From Lama glama (Eukaryota): a DNA stretch of 63,610 bases. The stretch lies in contig CM052818.1 in assembly GCA_028534125.1 (NCBI GenBank), positions 1,676,391 to 1,740,000 on the forward strand, read 5' to 3'. Position numbers and translations under genes: made by a program. The notes beneath the pieces were generated by a model, which saw only the letters and a program-made list of their open reading frames with translations, was not told the DNA's origin and did not search any database. Every line of letters starts with the position of its first letter. The stretch's first letter is position 1. Positions 25,321-39,020 of this stretch are shown piece after piece.

Positions 25321-27596
25321 TTCCTTTTAACCTGGTTTTAAGGAAGTGCTAATAACCTACCTGTTGACATGTCCAGAGACATGATAGCAAATATCCAATT
25401 GTTTTTTATCAAAACAAAAAATTTCACCTACTATAGGTAGCCCTAGAGATTTAGGATCTAAACCCATTTGCAGTCAGCTGACTTCACACCGAGGACCAGG
25501 ACTCAAACTAGAGACTGATTCAGCAAATCACCTGACAGAATCTTGAAACCAAACATTCCCCATGTCCTCCTCTTTTCTCTGGTTGCCTCAAAGTTTGGAA
25601 TAAAAGGTAACTTGAAGCACACGTGTCTGAGAAGTTATACAGAAACTTACTTAGATGGTGGGACATCTTCACTTCAGAGTAGATCAGTGCATGTTGAAAG
25701 TTAGGCTTATTTCTCTCCTGCAGAAGTTATCACCTGTAATGAACCAGGCATGACCAGGCAGTTACCGTTGGAGCACTGGTAGCATTGCAAGATGTACATA
25801 TGAAACTAGGACGCAGGTCAGATCAGTTTTGATGAGGAAGGGGCTTCTTGAGGTAATAAAGCAAGGGAACGTCTTTCTCTCTGGGTCATACTGACATTTA
25901 CCCATCTTAGGAAATTAGAGCGGCAGATTATGAGGTGGGGGGATGGTCTTCACTGTCTTTGAGAAAAGAGGTTCTGTCATCTCCTGGTGACTTTATTCCA
26001 GTGTTTTCAACCGTTCACTTGAAACCTGTTTCTTATTATTCTGACCTTGGTTTTGCTGATAAACCATTCAAAACTATCACTGCGTTAATTTTGGATCGCA
26101 GTTGGAAATGGACACACATACCACTGTATATGCATAAACAGGTACATACACTTAAGGAATTTTCCTCTCATTTTTTCTTCTCAAGGTTCAGGTCTCCTCA
26201 AACTTTATCAGCCTCTCTTAGAACCTGTGTTCCATCTCTTAAATCATGTGGCTTAACGCATTCTTTGAATTTTAGTGGATTTTTTTTTTCTATCTCTGTT
26301 TCTGACAGTCTTAATTTCAGGTATTTTTTATAGATATTTCAAATAAAAGGTTTGTTTTGTTTTGTTTGCCACCCATTTTGTCTGGTTCCTCACTCTAATC
26401 TTTTTCTTTTCTTTTTTTTTTTGGTTAATAAGAGGAATTATAGGATTACATTTTTATAACATAGAGCCTAGACATCCCCTCAAATATATAAATAGACAAG
26501 TAGATAGAAATATAGAGAGAGAGATAAATATATAAATAGCTATATTTGTGAGCATGTTTCCTAACTACCCCTTTTTAGCAAATATCTTTTTTTAAAGTTC
26601 TTATGATTAAAATAGAAAGAAAAAGACCATTAATACCTAATAAGGATTTTATTCTGGCAAATCTGCAGTAAATTTAGGAGATAATGAAAAAAAGAGGCAA
26701 AGAAAGGAGATCTGCTCTGAAAATCAAGAGAGTTTCTTTGAGTTTTGAGCATTGAGTCCCTATTTTAAATGGTATTTTGAAACTTAGAGGTATGTGCATT
26801 TGTCCGGGCTACGCCTCCAGTTGCGGTGAACGCTGGCCCCTCTAGATTACGCTGCATCTTTGTTTGGATTTATTAGGAGTCCCAGTGTGCTACTCTCCTG
26901 GTAACTGACTCCTTATCTCTCCCCCTCTCTCCTCCTGCCATCTGGAAGACACACATCTGCTGATACGATTTCAGTTCCTGTTTCTTTCTTACCATTCCAA
27001 CTGGGTGAAAATGAGAGCCCTGGCCATTATAATCACTGAAAGCTTCCTCCATGTCATTATACTGTAAGAAGCCAGCAGATCTTTCTGTAGTCCTTTCCCA
27101 GTCAAGTTCGGGAAGCAGATACGACTGAAATTATTACTCTTCGTTCTGTGCACCGGTCTGGGCTTGTCATGGTTGTCAAGAATCACAGAACCTTTAGGAT
27201 TCACCCTAAGTGAGGCTCCATTGTTGCTACATCCATCAAAAGGGGACCTGGGACAAATTCTTAGGACTGCTTTTCTTTTACAAAAAAACCAACTTTTCTG
27301 CTGACAGAGGGAGCCTGTTAAAAGAAATTAAGCAGACACTCAGAGGTTATGCACTTTAAAGAGAACATATCTGGTCATTCTGGTTTTAAAATATTCAGTG
27401 AAGCTCTAGTTTTCCTTTAGAAAAAAAAATCGCAGTAAATATGGACTGAATATCTGCTAGACATACGGCCAAGTCTCTTTTGTAAGAGAAATAGGAGGGT
27501 AGAGGACACGGAGCTGAGTCTCTCGTTTTATGTCGTATCGCCTAATATAGGGAAAGATTGAACTCAGCTAAGCCGGCCCCGCACCTTTCTCTTCAG

Positions 27597-27806
27597 CACG
27601 AGTTGGCAAACTGCAGCCCACTGCCTGGCTCTGTAAATCAAGTTTTATCGGAATGTGGCCACAGTCACCCACTGGCCTGCTGTCTGTGGCTGCTTTCACA
27701 CCACAATGGCAGAACTGAGGGCTTGATACAGAGAATAAGTATGCAGCCCACAGAGCCTAAGACATTCGCCAGCTGGCCCTTTACGCATAAAGTTTGCCAC
27801 CTCCTG
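27597..27806. mobile_element. MER58A-like hAT-Charlie element
   Basis: Terminal inverted repeats cacgagttggcaaact / agtttgccacctcctg; 8-bp TSD ctcttcag (27589-27596) / ctctacag (27807-27814). Confidence 0.9.
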
Positions 27807-28269
27807 CTCTACAGCATTAAATGGAAGGAAGTGAAAATATTTACAAACTTGTAAGGGGAAACAGTCTCTATAACAATAACCAAGTTGTTCATGTTTTTAA
27901 TCAGTAAAAATGTTTTGTTTTTTAAAATAAAAGGATGTGATTGCATTCAAGGATTGGTAGGGAACATTAAATTTTTTTTAAACATGAAGTCTGAGTAATT
28001 TTTGAGAGGCATGTTTTTAATATTTAAGATATTTTTATATGTAAATACTTCAAAATACTTAAAAATAAGGAACTGGGTCTGAAATCCTTACTGACGTCAT
28101 TCATATTGGGAGATGAGAAGAAGTGTAGGGTTAATAAAAGCTCTTTTATTTATGTTTATATTTAAAAATTGAATTGAGACTGTATACGTACTAAGTCATT
28201 AGGAGAAACTAAATTAAAGGAAATTTCTGTGTAGCAAAGAAAACGACAAAGACAGCAAAGCAGAAAGCA

Positions 28270-28472
28270 TAAAAGCAGATAATCCAAGACCAGACACACT
28301 CGTTATGCTAATAAGTGTAAATAGATTAAATGTCCCTATGAAAAGGCTGAGATTGGCTTTTAAAAAATCCAGCTATCCAAAAGTAATTCTGAGACTTTAA
28401 AAGACAAACAAAAAGCAAAAATTCAAGCAAATGCACTTTAATGGAAGGTAGAAGCTGTAGTATTAAAATTGG
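28270..28472 (+). mobile_element. Old L1 fragment, start of the ORF2 endonuclease region
   Basis: 'aagtgtaaatagattaaatgtccctatgaaaagg...gattggcttttaaaaaatccagctat'. Confidence 0.55.
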
Positions 28473-29974
28473 CGAACACGTTAGGAGTTGGTTTATTGAT
28501 TTTCACTTGAAGGAATTGAAGTTCAGCTGTGTCTAATTTGACTGAACATGATGTTACTGAGCTATTGATGAAGGAAGATCGTCCAGGCCCATCCTTATAG
28601 TAAACGTGTAGAGAAACGCTCTCCCTAGGTTACAGTGTTATGTTAGCTTTTGGATTAATATACAAATGTGTGAAAGAAGAAAATCTGGTTAAAAGCAGCA
28701 GAATATTCCCAAGGAAAGAAAGTCAGATGCAGGTGATCGTTGCCTGTTCTTACCATGTGCCTTCCTGATTCTGAATGCCTGGAAACTAGAGCCACGTTGG
28801 TCAAAATTTAGAGCTAAGCAATTGTACCAGGTCCTCAATGGTCTGTTCCTGCTGCAAAGAATTAAACTGAGGACAGGGGAAGAGAGTGACGATAATGTTA
28901 ACTTTGGAGAGTTTATTCTGTTCTTAAGTCTTGTCTCCCCATGCAAATCATTTTCTCTTTCTATGTATCTGTTTTTTTTCCTCATCTCAGCACTCTTACG
29001 AAAGTTCTTCAGGCTGGTCCTTTATATCTGTTGTTTAAGTTACTGAAGTTATGACCATTACTACCTTCAACATTTACTGAAAATTCTACTATTGCATTTT
29101 TTTTTTTTGCACTGTTTCCTCTATCACCTTATCATGACTGCTTCTTTCATTGTGGATTTCTGCTTTCTTGGATCATATTGAGAATGCAAATTAGTTTTTA
29201 GTTTTCCATTTCTTTCTGGTTTCTATGTTAAGTCTTTTTTCAGAAATGTGCTTTTTTTCCTTGAACTTTAAGAATGATAGTCCCTTCTGTGATCCCAGAG
29301 TATTTTTCCATAGGTATTTTTTTCCTGATTGCCCATCATAGAAGGAATATTTAGATGCATTGTGTATATCAACAGACAGGATATGTATGTGGTTCTATTT
29401 TCTTGGATTTGTTTGCCATATAATGTCCCAAGAAATATCAGGAAAGAAAGTTCATGCTTTTGTATCCAAGTTAGGAGTCAGCACAGTAGCACGTGTTACA
29501 AGCCTAGAGCAAGAATGTTGGCTCATAAGCCACATCACAATATGTATTTATTTCTGGGCCAAAAGCTCAAATACCAGGATTTCAGTTTTAAAAACCAGAC
29601 ACTGTTAACCCTGTTCTTGTGTGATTAGCCCCATCTCAGATCTGCAGCTGGAGAGCACTTTGATAAATACAATTCCTGTCTTCCTATCTAGGTGCCCCAC
29701 CATTAGCAATTATTCATCTAATATAGCATTAATGGTTTATCATAAGCCTATACCCGCATTGTCTCTTTCTCTGACATTAACCAGAAGGATGAATGGAAAC
29801 TCTCTTGCCCCAAAACGTCCTCTTCCTAGGATCTTTAATCTGTACCCACCTTGTGATTCCATAGTGCTCTGCATCACTCAAGTCCTCTTGCCTTCTGCCA
29901 TGTTATAAAAGCATAAGTACGCGGTAGGGGCTGAGAAAAAAGGATATCCAGCTTTGTGCACCTCAGAAAGCAGC

Positions 29975-31100
29975 AACTGATAAACAAACTGCTGGTGAGA
30001 ATGCAGCACAGTTGTATCTGTCATGTATAACATTACTGGTGGGAAAATACAGTGATTCTGTCACTCTGGAAAACAACATAGCAGTTTCTTATAAAATTAG
30101 ATATATACGTACCTTATGAACCAGGAATCACACTCCTGGGCATTTGTCCTAGAAAATTAAAACATGCTTACACGAAAACCTGTACGTGAATGCTCATAGC
30201 AGCTTCATTCATATTAACCAAAAGTGGAAATGTACTTCCAATGTACAATCCAAGTGTACTTCAGAGAATGAATGGATGAACAGTCTTTGATGTAGGAATA
30301 CAATAGAATACTGCTTGACACTGAAAAGGATTGACCTATTGATATATATTCAAAAACTAGGATGGCACAGGGAAATATACACAAAATGTTATGATAAATC
30401 ACAGAGAAAAAAAATGTGACAATGAGTGTGTATATGTCCATGAATGACTGAAAAATTGTGCTGAACACTGGAATTTGACACAACATTGTAAAATGATTAT
30501 AAATCAATAAAAAATGTTAAAAAAATTTTTAAGGAGTAAAATTTGTTTCCTTTTATTGACAAAAAAAAAACTAGGATGGCTCTCGAGGGTATTATGCTGA
30601 GTGAAAACTAAAAGCCAATCTCAAAGGGTTAATTCTGTTTATATAACATTCTCTAATTAACAGAATGATAGTGATGGAGAACAAATCAGTCGTTGCCAGC
30701 AGTTAGGGGTTAGTTTGGAGGTTTCACTGGTAAGACATGAAACAAAGGAGTTCCTTTATGGTAATGGAGCCGTTTTGCCTTCTGATCAGAATGACGGTTG
30801 CACAAATCTACACGTGATAAATGTTCTTACAAATGTATACAGCATACAAGCACACACACAAGTGCATATAAAAACACACACACCCAAGAATGCGTGTAAA
30901 CACTGATAAAATCCAAATAAGGTCTACACCTGAATTCATAGTATTGTGCCAAAGTCAATTTCCTGGTTTTGACAACATATTGGTTATGGAAGGTATTATC
31001 ATTGGGGGAAGCTGGTCGAAGGGTTTATGGAAATCCTTTACTATTTTTGAAAATTCTCATGAATCTATTTCAAAATTTTAAAAGTATGTAAAAAAAAAAA
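29975..31100 (+). mobile_element. Old L1MC/L1MD-type 3' region hosting a young L1
   Basis: 'cactctggaaaacaacatagcagtttcttataaaattag', 'aaaacctgtacgtgaatgctcatagcagc', 'aaagtcaatttcctggttttgac'. Confidence 0.85.
30367..30570 (+). mobile_element. Young 5'-truncated L1 3' end with a perfect 15-bp TSD
   Basis: 'acagggaaatatacacaaaatg...gacacaacattgtaaaatgattataaatcaataaaaaatg'; AAAAACTAGGATGGC at 30352-30366 and 30566-30580. Confidence 0.93.
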
Positions 31101-31154
31101 GCATCAAATATGCAACAGAGAAATACTCACTCAATTTTTGTGATGGGTATAGAC

Positions 31155-31340
31155 CAGTAGTTTTCAGACCTGAGAGATCATCAGATTCATTTAAAGTTCT
31201 TTATTAACAAAAAAATTCACTTCTAGACAATTCTCCTCACTGTCACCCACCCACCTCCCTCCCACACACATATACACACCAGACCTGTTGAATCAAAATC
31301 TCTAGAAATGGAGCCAGGGAATCAATATCTGCAGATAATT
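31155..31340. mobile_element. MER5A-like fragment
   Basis: 'cagtagttttcagacct', 'ccagacctgttgaatcaaaatctctag...gagccagggaatc'. Confidence 0.55.
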
Positions 31341-32737
31341 GCCCAACATAGGAAACTCGGTGTGGAGCCTGGTTTCTGAGCCAGAGGTAGGAGTGGAGAA
31401 GACCGGTGGGTCTCTTCTGTATGGGGCCTGGATTGTGATTCTCAGTTCTGCTCCAGTCTTATTAGTCTGAAAATCCTTCTGAATTCTGGCAGTAGTTTAA
31501 CCATTCATTTTCGATTTTAACATTGTTAAGGGCTTTAACTTTTTTCAGAGTTTTTATAGCTGTTTCAGTGGGAAATTTCTTGAGGCTGTATCTTTAGCTA
31601 CTAATCAGTTGCCAGTTTAAACCGGAAGCCGGGCAGTCGTACTTCTATAGATGGACCTTGTCTTTGCCTTATCCACACGTGAATGGTGACTTGCTTCCAG
31701 TTCTCCCCAGTGAAGCTGCAGAGTTCTACTGTACTTGATCAGATTTTCACATTGATGCGGCGTCAGCATAAATCACGATTCCCCCAAGATTGGCTAGTGA
31801 GTGGAAGACAGCCAAGGCGCACCACAGTGAAGACATCAGTTAGGAAAATTATATCCAAAACCTGAAAGCAGCTGTCACCGAAGTTTTTGTTTATGAAAAT
31901 TGGAAAAGCTCTCCCCTCTCAGCCACTGACATCCCTGATTTATTGTTTCTCTGCTGAAAATTATCCAAAGATGTTTTTAGACATTGGCTGGTGAAAGCCA
32001 AATTTATGGAAGGTGGAGGAAAATGTAAAGAATCATTATATTTGTGAATTTCTCAGTCAGCCATGGCAACCTTTTAGTAGCTAGCGTTGACCGGATTCTT
32101 TTTGTGTGTATAAGAAACTCACTTGAGGAGCTAATATGACCCATGGTGTTAGAAGGGACAGATACGCTGTGGTGCAAAGCATTCTGGACCAATAATCCGT
32201 ACCAATAATCAGTGTTTACCCTGACTCTGCCATGAACTAAAAATGTATTCTTAGTCAAATTGCTTAGCTGCTCTGGGTCTTGGTTTCCTTATCTGTAAAA
32301 GCTGGGGGTAGACATTAGAGTTAAATCTACTCATATACCCTCTTGTTTGAAATTTTAAATTTTGAATATTAAAAACCAGTTTGTTTTTTAACTTTCAAGT
32401 CGTACTTCCAAATAAAATAAGAAAAGATACTTCATGCTAGTAAGTGCAAGTATTTCTCTAAAAATAAATATCAGCATGACTACAATACAAAAAAAGTAAA
32501 ACTGAATTAAATGTATTTCTTCTTAAATATCAGTTTCCAAAAGACTGAGAATATTTTATGTACATTACAAGGAGTCTGATCACTGAATGCAATTACAAAC
32601 TTAAGATCATATTTGAGACATTTGCAAAATTATAATCATTTTTATGGACTTTGTATATTTTTATTTTTTCAATATTCCTTATGTTTTCTGCCTTTAACAA
32701 ACAATCTATTATGGGTAACAATTAAGCAGTATTTGAG

Positions 32738-33240
32738 TGTATTAGTCAGAGTTCTCCAGAGAAACAGAACCAGTAAGATGTGTGTATGTATATGTTATAT
32801 ACATATATATATATATATTTGTTTACATATTTATTATGATGAATTATCTCATGTGGTTGTGGAAGCTGACAAGTTCCCCAAGATTTGCAGTCAGCAGACT
32901 GGAGAAACAGGAGTAGTTCCTACAAATGCTAGCAAGCTTGAGACTCAAAAACCTGATGTTTTAGTTTCAGTCCAAAGACCAGAAGAGACTAATGTCCTGG
33001 CTTAAGGCAGTTAAGCAAGAGAAGTTTCCCCTTACTTGCAGGAGGGTCAACCTTTTTGTTCAATTCAGTCCTTCAACTGATTGGATGGGGCCCACCCACA
33101 TTAGGGAAAGTGATCTCTTTTACTCAGTCTATCAATGAAAATGTTAATATTATCTAGAAACATTCCTACCAATATATTCAGAGTGATGTTTGACCAAATG
33201 TCTGGCCCAGTCAAGTTCACATATAAAATTAACCATCCCA
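32738..33240 (-). mobile_element. ERVL solo LTR (MLT2B-like)
   Basis: 'tgtattagtcagagttctccagagaaacagaacc' ... 'gcccagtcaagttcacatataaaattaaccatccca'; 5-bp flanks ttgag / atgag. Confidence 0.92.
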
Positions 33241-33479
33241 ATGAGTGAAAATGAAAACATTTTCAGATTTTAAAATGATAAAAATACACACGCGCGCACA
33301 CACACACACTCCTATCACAGCATCTAGCTGTGCTCAGCTGAGGGGAAAACCAACCAAGTGACTGGATCATGAACACAGTCTTCTGAATTCCTTTGGCTGC
33401 TTCTCATGGCTTAACTCTACACGCACTTAGAGGATCTCAAGCAATACAGATTTAAAGGGGGAAAGTTTAAGTATTCCTT

Positions 33480-36400
33480 TTATTGACATTTAAAGTAAAT
33501 GTTGTCATGGAATAGAAAAACCTATAAATCGTAATTATGTAACTTAATGTGTTTTTGTAAAGTGAATGCACCCATAAAACTCAGATAATAAGTAGAACAT
33601 TATTACTAACATATCGTGAAGCTCCCCTTATACCTACTTCTGGTCCCTGATACTGCCCAGCCAATGGGAACCACTATGTTTATTTCTGTCAGCGTTGAAG
33701 AGTTCGGCTCATTTATGAGATTCATCTAAACTGTTGCATGAAGCAATAGCTTATTCTTTCTCATTGCTATAAAGTATTCCATTATATGAATATGCCACAA
33801 TTCTTAATTTCTGTTTGATTGTTGATGGACTTTCGGGGTATTTCCTGGTTGGGGGGTCTACAAATAGCGCTGCCTTGAATAGTCTTGTATATATCTTTTG
33901 ATGTGCCTGTTTCTGTTGAATATATACCTAGGGTTGGAATTGCTGGTCCTAAGTTAGAATATATGTATGTCAGCTTTAATAGATACCACTAGTTTTTCAA
34001 AGTGATTGTAATCAGTTTACACCAAGACTCCACATGCTTAACAACACGTGGTATTGTATTCTTTCCAATTTTATCTATTCTGGTGAGTGTGTACTGATAT
34101 TTCATTGTGAGTTTACTTGTATAATACTATATAACATAATAATCAGTATCATTTCCCTAATTCTAATGATAGTAAGCAACCTTTTCGTATGTTAACCATT
34201 TTGATATCTTCTTTTGGGAGGTGCTACTTCAACTATTTTGCCTAATTTTCTATTGGATTTTCTTTCTTATAATGGCCTTTTTGGGTTTTGGTATCAAGGT
34301 TATGCAAGTCTACTAAAATTAGGTTAAGAAGTTTTCCCTCATTTTCTTTCTCAGGAGGAATTTGTAGAAGATTAGTGTTTGGTTTTTTTTTTTTTCCTTC
34401 AGTGTTATGAAGATTTCACCAGTGAAATCATATGGACCAGAAAATTTCTTTCTGGCAAGTATTATAGGCTGAACTTCTTTAACACATAAGTGACTAGTCA
34501 GATCTTCTATTTATTCTTGTGTCAGTTTTGGTAAGTTGTGTCTTTCTAGGAATTTGTGTGTTTCATTTAAATTTTCTAATATGTTGGCGTAAGGTTGTTC
34601 ATAATATTCTCTCACTATATTTTTAGTGTCTGTAGGATCTGTAGTTATGTGCCCTTTTCCATTTTGAATATTGGTAATGTGTGCCTTCTTTCTGTTTTTC
34701 TTGATTATTGTTGATACAGAGGTTTATCATTTTTAGTAGTCTTTTCAGAAAACCATTTTTGACTTTATTGATTCCACTTTACATTGTGTTCTACTTCTCT
34801 GATTCTGCTGTGAGCAGCAGCATCAGTTTTCAGTTCTTTAACTCCTCGAGATGCATATCTAGATCTGTCTTCTTTCTTCTTCACTCTTCTTTTTTAAGAT
34901 ATGTGTTTAGGGCAATGACGTTCCTTTGAGACATAGTTTTACCTTTATCCAAGAAATCTTGGTACATCATATTTTGATTAACCTTCAGCACAAAATATTT
35001 ACTGATTTCCATTTTTATTTCTTCTTTGACACCAAAGTTGTTCAGTAGGGCATTATTTTCCATTTTTTAATTTCCTANNNNNNNNNNNNNNNNNNNNNNN
35101 NNNNNNNNNNNNNNNNNNNNNNNNNNNNNNNNNNNNNNNNNNNNNNNNNNNNNNNNNNNNNNNNNNNNNNNNNNNNNCTAGTATTTGCATGGTATATATT
35201 TTGTCATTATTTTCCTTTCAATTTTTCAACATTGTTATATTTAACGTGTGCCTTTATAAGTGGCATGTGGAATGTTTGTTTCTTTGTTCTAAAAAATCTT
35301 GCTTTTTAATTGGAGTACTTAGTTAATCTGCCTTTAAATTAATTACTGATATATTGGAATTTGTATATAGCATTATACTTCCTGTTTCTTTATTTTTGCC
35401 CTTTCTTTTGTTTTTTCTCTTCTTTTTTGCCTTTTAAAAATTAATTGCATTTTATTCTGATTTTTTTCTCTATTAGCTTGTTTGTTATACAGTCTCTAAG
35501 TGGTTACTGTAAGCACTGCTACATGCCTCTTTAACTTACTAGAGTCTGATACGACTTAACAAATCCCATAAAATGCTAGAACTTTAGACTACTTTAATTC
35601 GCTTTACTCCATTCCTACCTTTTTATAATTGCTATCATTTTAACTTCACAAATATTTTAAATCCAAAGGAACATTTGTATTATTACTAATAGTACTTATT
35701 TATGTGTATCTGTATATTTACCCTTTTGTTTCTTCCCACATTCTTTTTAATATATCTTTTAGTGTATGTCTGCTGATTATCTCAGCTTTTGTTTGTCTTG
35801 AATTTTTGGTTTTTTGCCTTCATTACTCAAGGGTATTTTTACTGGGTAATGAATCCTAAGTTGCCAGTTATTTTCTTTTAGCATGTCAGTGTGTAGTTCC
35901 ATCGTTTTCTGATTTCCATCCTGTTTCTTGATGAAGTCAGGCGTAAGTCTTGCAGCCTCTCCCTTGAAGGTTTGTCTTTGGTTTGGGCAGTTTAACTCTA
36001 ATGTGCCTTGGTGTGATTTGCTTTGTGTTTTTCCTCTGTGGAGTAAAAAATTCCTCTTGAATCTGTAACTAGGTGTCTTTTGTAAATTTGAAAAATTTGG
36101 CGCTATTATCTCTTCAAATTTTCCTTTCCCCTATTCTCTAGCTCCTCTTTTGGGGGACTCCAGATACATATATTCTGGCTCTTTTCACTGTGTCCCATGT
36201 GCTCTGTCTTTTGGCTTCAGTCTAAGTATTTGCTTCACTCTAGATATTTTGCACCCACCAATATTCCAATTGATTAACCTTCCCTTTGGCTGTGTGCAAG
36301 CTGTTCTTAAAGCTACTAGTATTTTCTTAATTTTAGCTATTATATTTTTCAGTGCTAGAATGTCCTCTTTTTAAACTATTTCAATTATGTGGTGCAATTC

Positions 36401-37245
36401 TACAGTTTCTCTTCTACTTATTGTACATGTTAGTCACAGTTATTTTAAAGTTCATTTCTGATTTTGTTCACCTCTAGGACTGTTTTCTCTTACTTCCGTT
36501 TTTGGCAAGTCTAAATTTTTACAGAATCCTAGTCATTATGAATGAAAAAAATGTTAGTAGTCCTGAATCATGATATTCTATTCCAGAGACTCATCTTGTG
36601 TCTTGGCAGGTATCTAGAGTGAGGGGGACATCACTGCAGTCCATTGAGAAACTTTGCAGACAGACTTGTGACTGGAGTGCAGTTTTTATAAGCTTCAATC
36701 TACACTTTGTTTATATCCACTATTGTAGGTAATCCATCTGTGTGTCCCACCTGAGAGCCTTGGGCATTTTAGTAAGGTCCCCCTAGGCAGGACCTGAACT
36801 GTAATTTTTGTTTCCCTAATGCCAAGAGTCTATAGAGAACTCTTCTCTGCTTTTCAACCATTATCTGCTTGGCTTCTCAGCCCCTTGCCTTCTGCAGCTT
36901 AGCATCAGCACATGCCAGTAGGCTTAGTTTCCTGTCCCTCCCTTCCCTCCGTAATCTTAACTACTTAAATTCCTTCTCCCTTGATGGCACCAAACTTCAA
37001 TTTCTGTCTTTCCGTCCTGTGAGTTTGCCAGAAGGTCTCCTGGCTTCCTTGTCTTTCTCCCATCACCAGGCTCGGGGTTCATCTCAAAGAACAACTTTTT
37101 CTTCCAGATCTTGTCTTCTCAAATCCCGGATGCCTCAGCAGCTAACTTATGCTTTTTTTCTTTTTCTTTTTTAACTTGTCTTCTGGCTTTTCTGATTGTT
37201 CTTGGCAGAAGTGTTGGTCTGCTACAGGCTACTCCATCATACTGA
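33480..37245 (-). mobile_element. Long degraded old L1 (3' UTR through ORF2 to 5' region), spanning a gap
   Basis: ORF 34881-35063 'LLNN..VKEEIKMEISKYF...YQ..LDKGK.....IALNTYLKKEE' is an ORF2 remnant; antisense L1 motifs throughout. Confidence 0.85.
35078..35177. other. Assembly gap (100 N)
   Basis: Run of N. Confidence 1.
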
Positions 37246-38849
37246 GAAACCTGTTTATTGATTTAAAATAGAAGTTCTTACTGATGCCATTACTACCTTT
37301 AACACATTGAAGCTTCAGGGGTTCCCAACCATATCCATGACCAAATGATCTCTGACAGTGTATTTAATTTTAACTTTCAATGATTCTTTCAAGTTAATGT
37401 CATGGACTTTAATACCCATATTGGCATATGGGAAATGGTCATTTCTTTTTGCTTAATTCTAACATCTGTTTTATCTCAGCATGTTTCATTAGAAAAAGGG
37501 TTATGAACACACACACACAAAATATGATTAAAGAAGAAGAAACAATAGTGAGTTTCCATGGATGAAACATATCTGAATTAATTTGTGAAGCAGTCATAGG
37601 CAATGCAGGTAATAGGAGACGCCCAAAGAAAGAAGATGAGATGTGATAGGGAAATAAAAGTACAGAAAGGACTGCCTGGATATGTTATTTGAATCGATCT
37701 CATAAATAAAATGCTTTGTTAAATGCCATTTTTTAAGTACATAAAGAAGAGAATAGCAAAATAGAACTAGAATGATAAGACAAAATTAATGATGACCAGA
37801 GGTGGTAATGACTGACAGCCTATGCAGATTAAGCATTCCATACACGCTCGCTGTGAGACAAATGGAAAACGTACTTTTAGAAAGTATTACTTGGTTCAGC
37901 GTGACAGGATTTTGTTATTGCCATCACTGTTGTTGATAATGTTATTCCTTAGTCATCTGAGTGTTTCTCAATGACTCAATTCCTTTAAAAAATTTACCTG
38001 GTTCTGCTTGTTCACTGATGTCAATCCAGAAGGGAAGGGCAAATTTCGCTAAAATTCCTTTGTCATCATAACTTTGAGAGGAATTGAAAAAATGGCCTCC
38101 AACTCAGAATTATATTTTATCACATACAAAAAACAATTCTTTAGCATTAGAACCCTTATATAATTTTTGTGTGGACCAAGGTCCAAATTTTCTAAGCCAC
38201 CTGGTCCCTTCCCCTAGCCATTTTGATTCTAATCTAAAGGACTGGGTCCGATTATCTCCGAGGGGGATAAATGTGACTTTGTGAATCTAGAAAGTTTGGT
38301 AAAAGAATAATGAACTAAAGGAACAGATCTTAACACTGGGAAATGGGCTTATGACTTCTTCACTTCTGAGAATATCTAGTCTCAGTTCTACTTCCAGGTC
38401 CACCCTGATCAGGTGTAAAGGGGAGAGAGAGAGGGTGATGGGGAGAGATAGTGATGGGAAAGATGTGGTGACTGAAATGAACACCCTTTTCATGTCATGG
38501 AACAATTATTAGTATGATTGCCCTACAGATCAAATGTGGCTCTGGTTCTGCCTTTAATCTTCATGATTTTCTGAATCCAGTTCAATTTGATATATCCTGA
38601 GGCTTACTTTGGAACAAAACCAGAGCCCTGGGTTCCTCCCAAACCCATCCCACAGCTTTAATCCCCTAAAGCTAAATTCCCTTGGGCATTACAATACAAA
38701 TTGCCTGGGTATGCACTTTACAGCCGTTGATTTACAATGTTAAATACATTTCTCTTGCATCTCTCCTTTGACCCTTTACATACCTAGGATCCCACACAGG
38801 ATCCTGAATCAATTATACATCAGGAACAGGTCTTGATATTGTCATAAAT

Positions 38850-39020
38850 ATTATCTTTTATATCCTGAAAATAATCTTGTGAGGTAGCAATTATCATTCT
38901 GCTGACAGTGATTAGGAAAAAAATACTCAAGGGTTGTTCTTGAGGAGTATCTTACTGCTGTGAAGGAGCAATCTTAATTTGGGCTCTGGTGTTCTAACTT
39001 CAAGTTCAGTGCTCTTCCGA
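38850..39020 (-). mobile_element. MIR fragment
   Basis: 'aataatcttgtgaggtagcaattatcatt', 'ctaacttcaagttcagtgctctt'. Confidence 0.55.
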
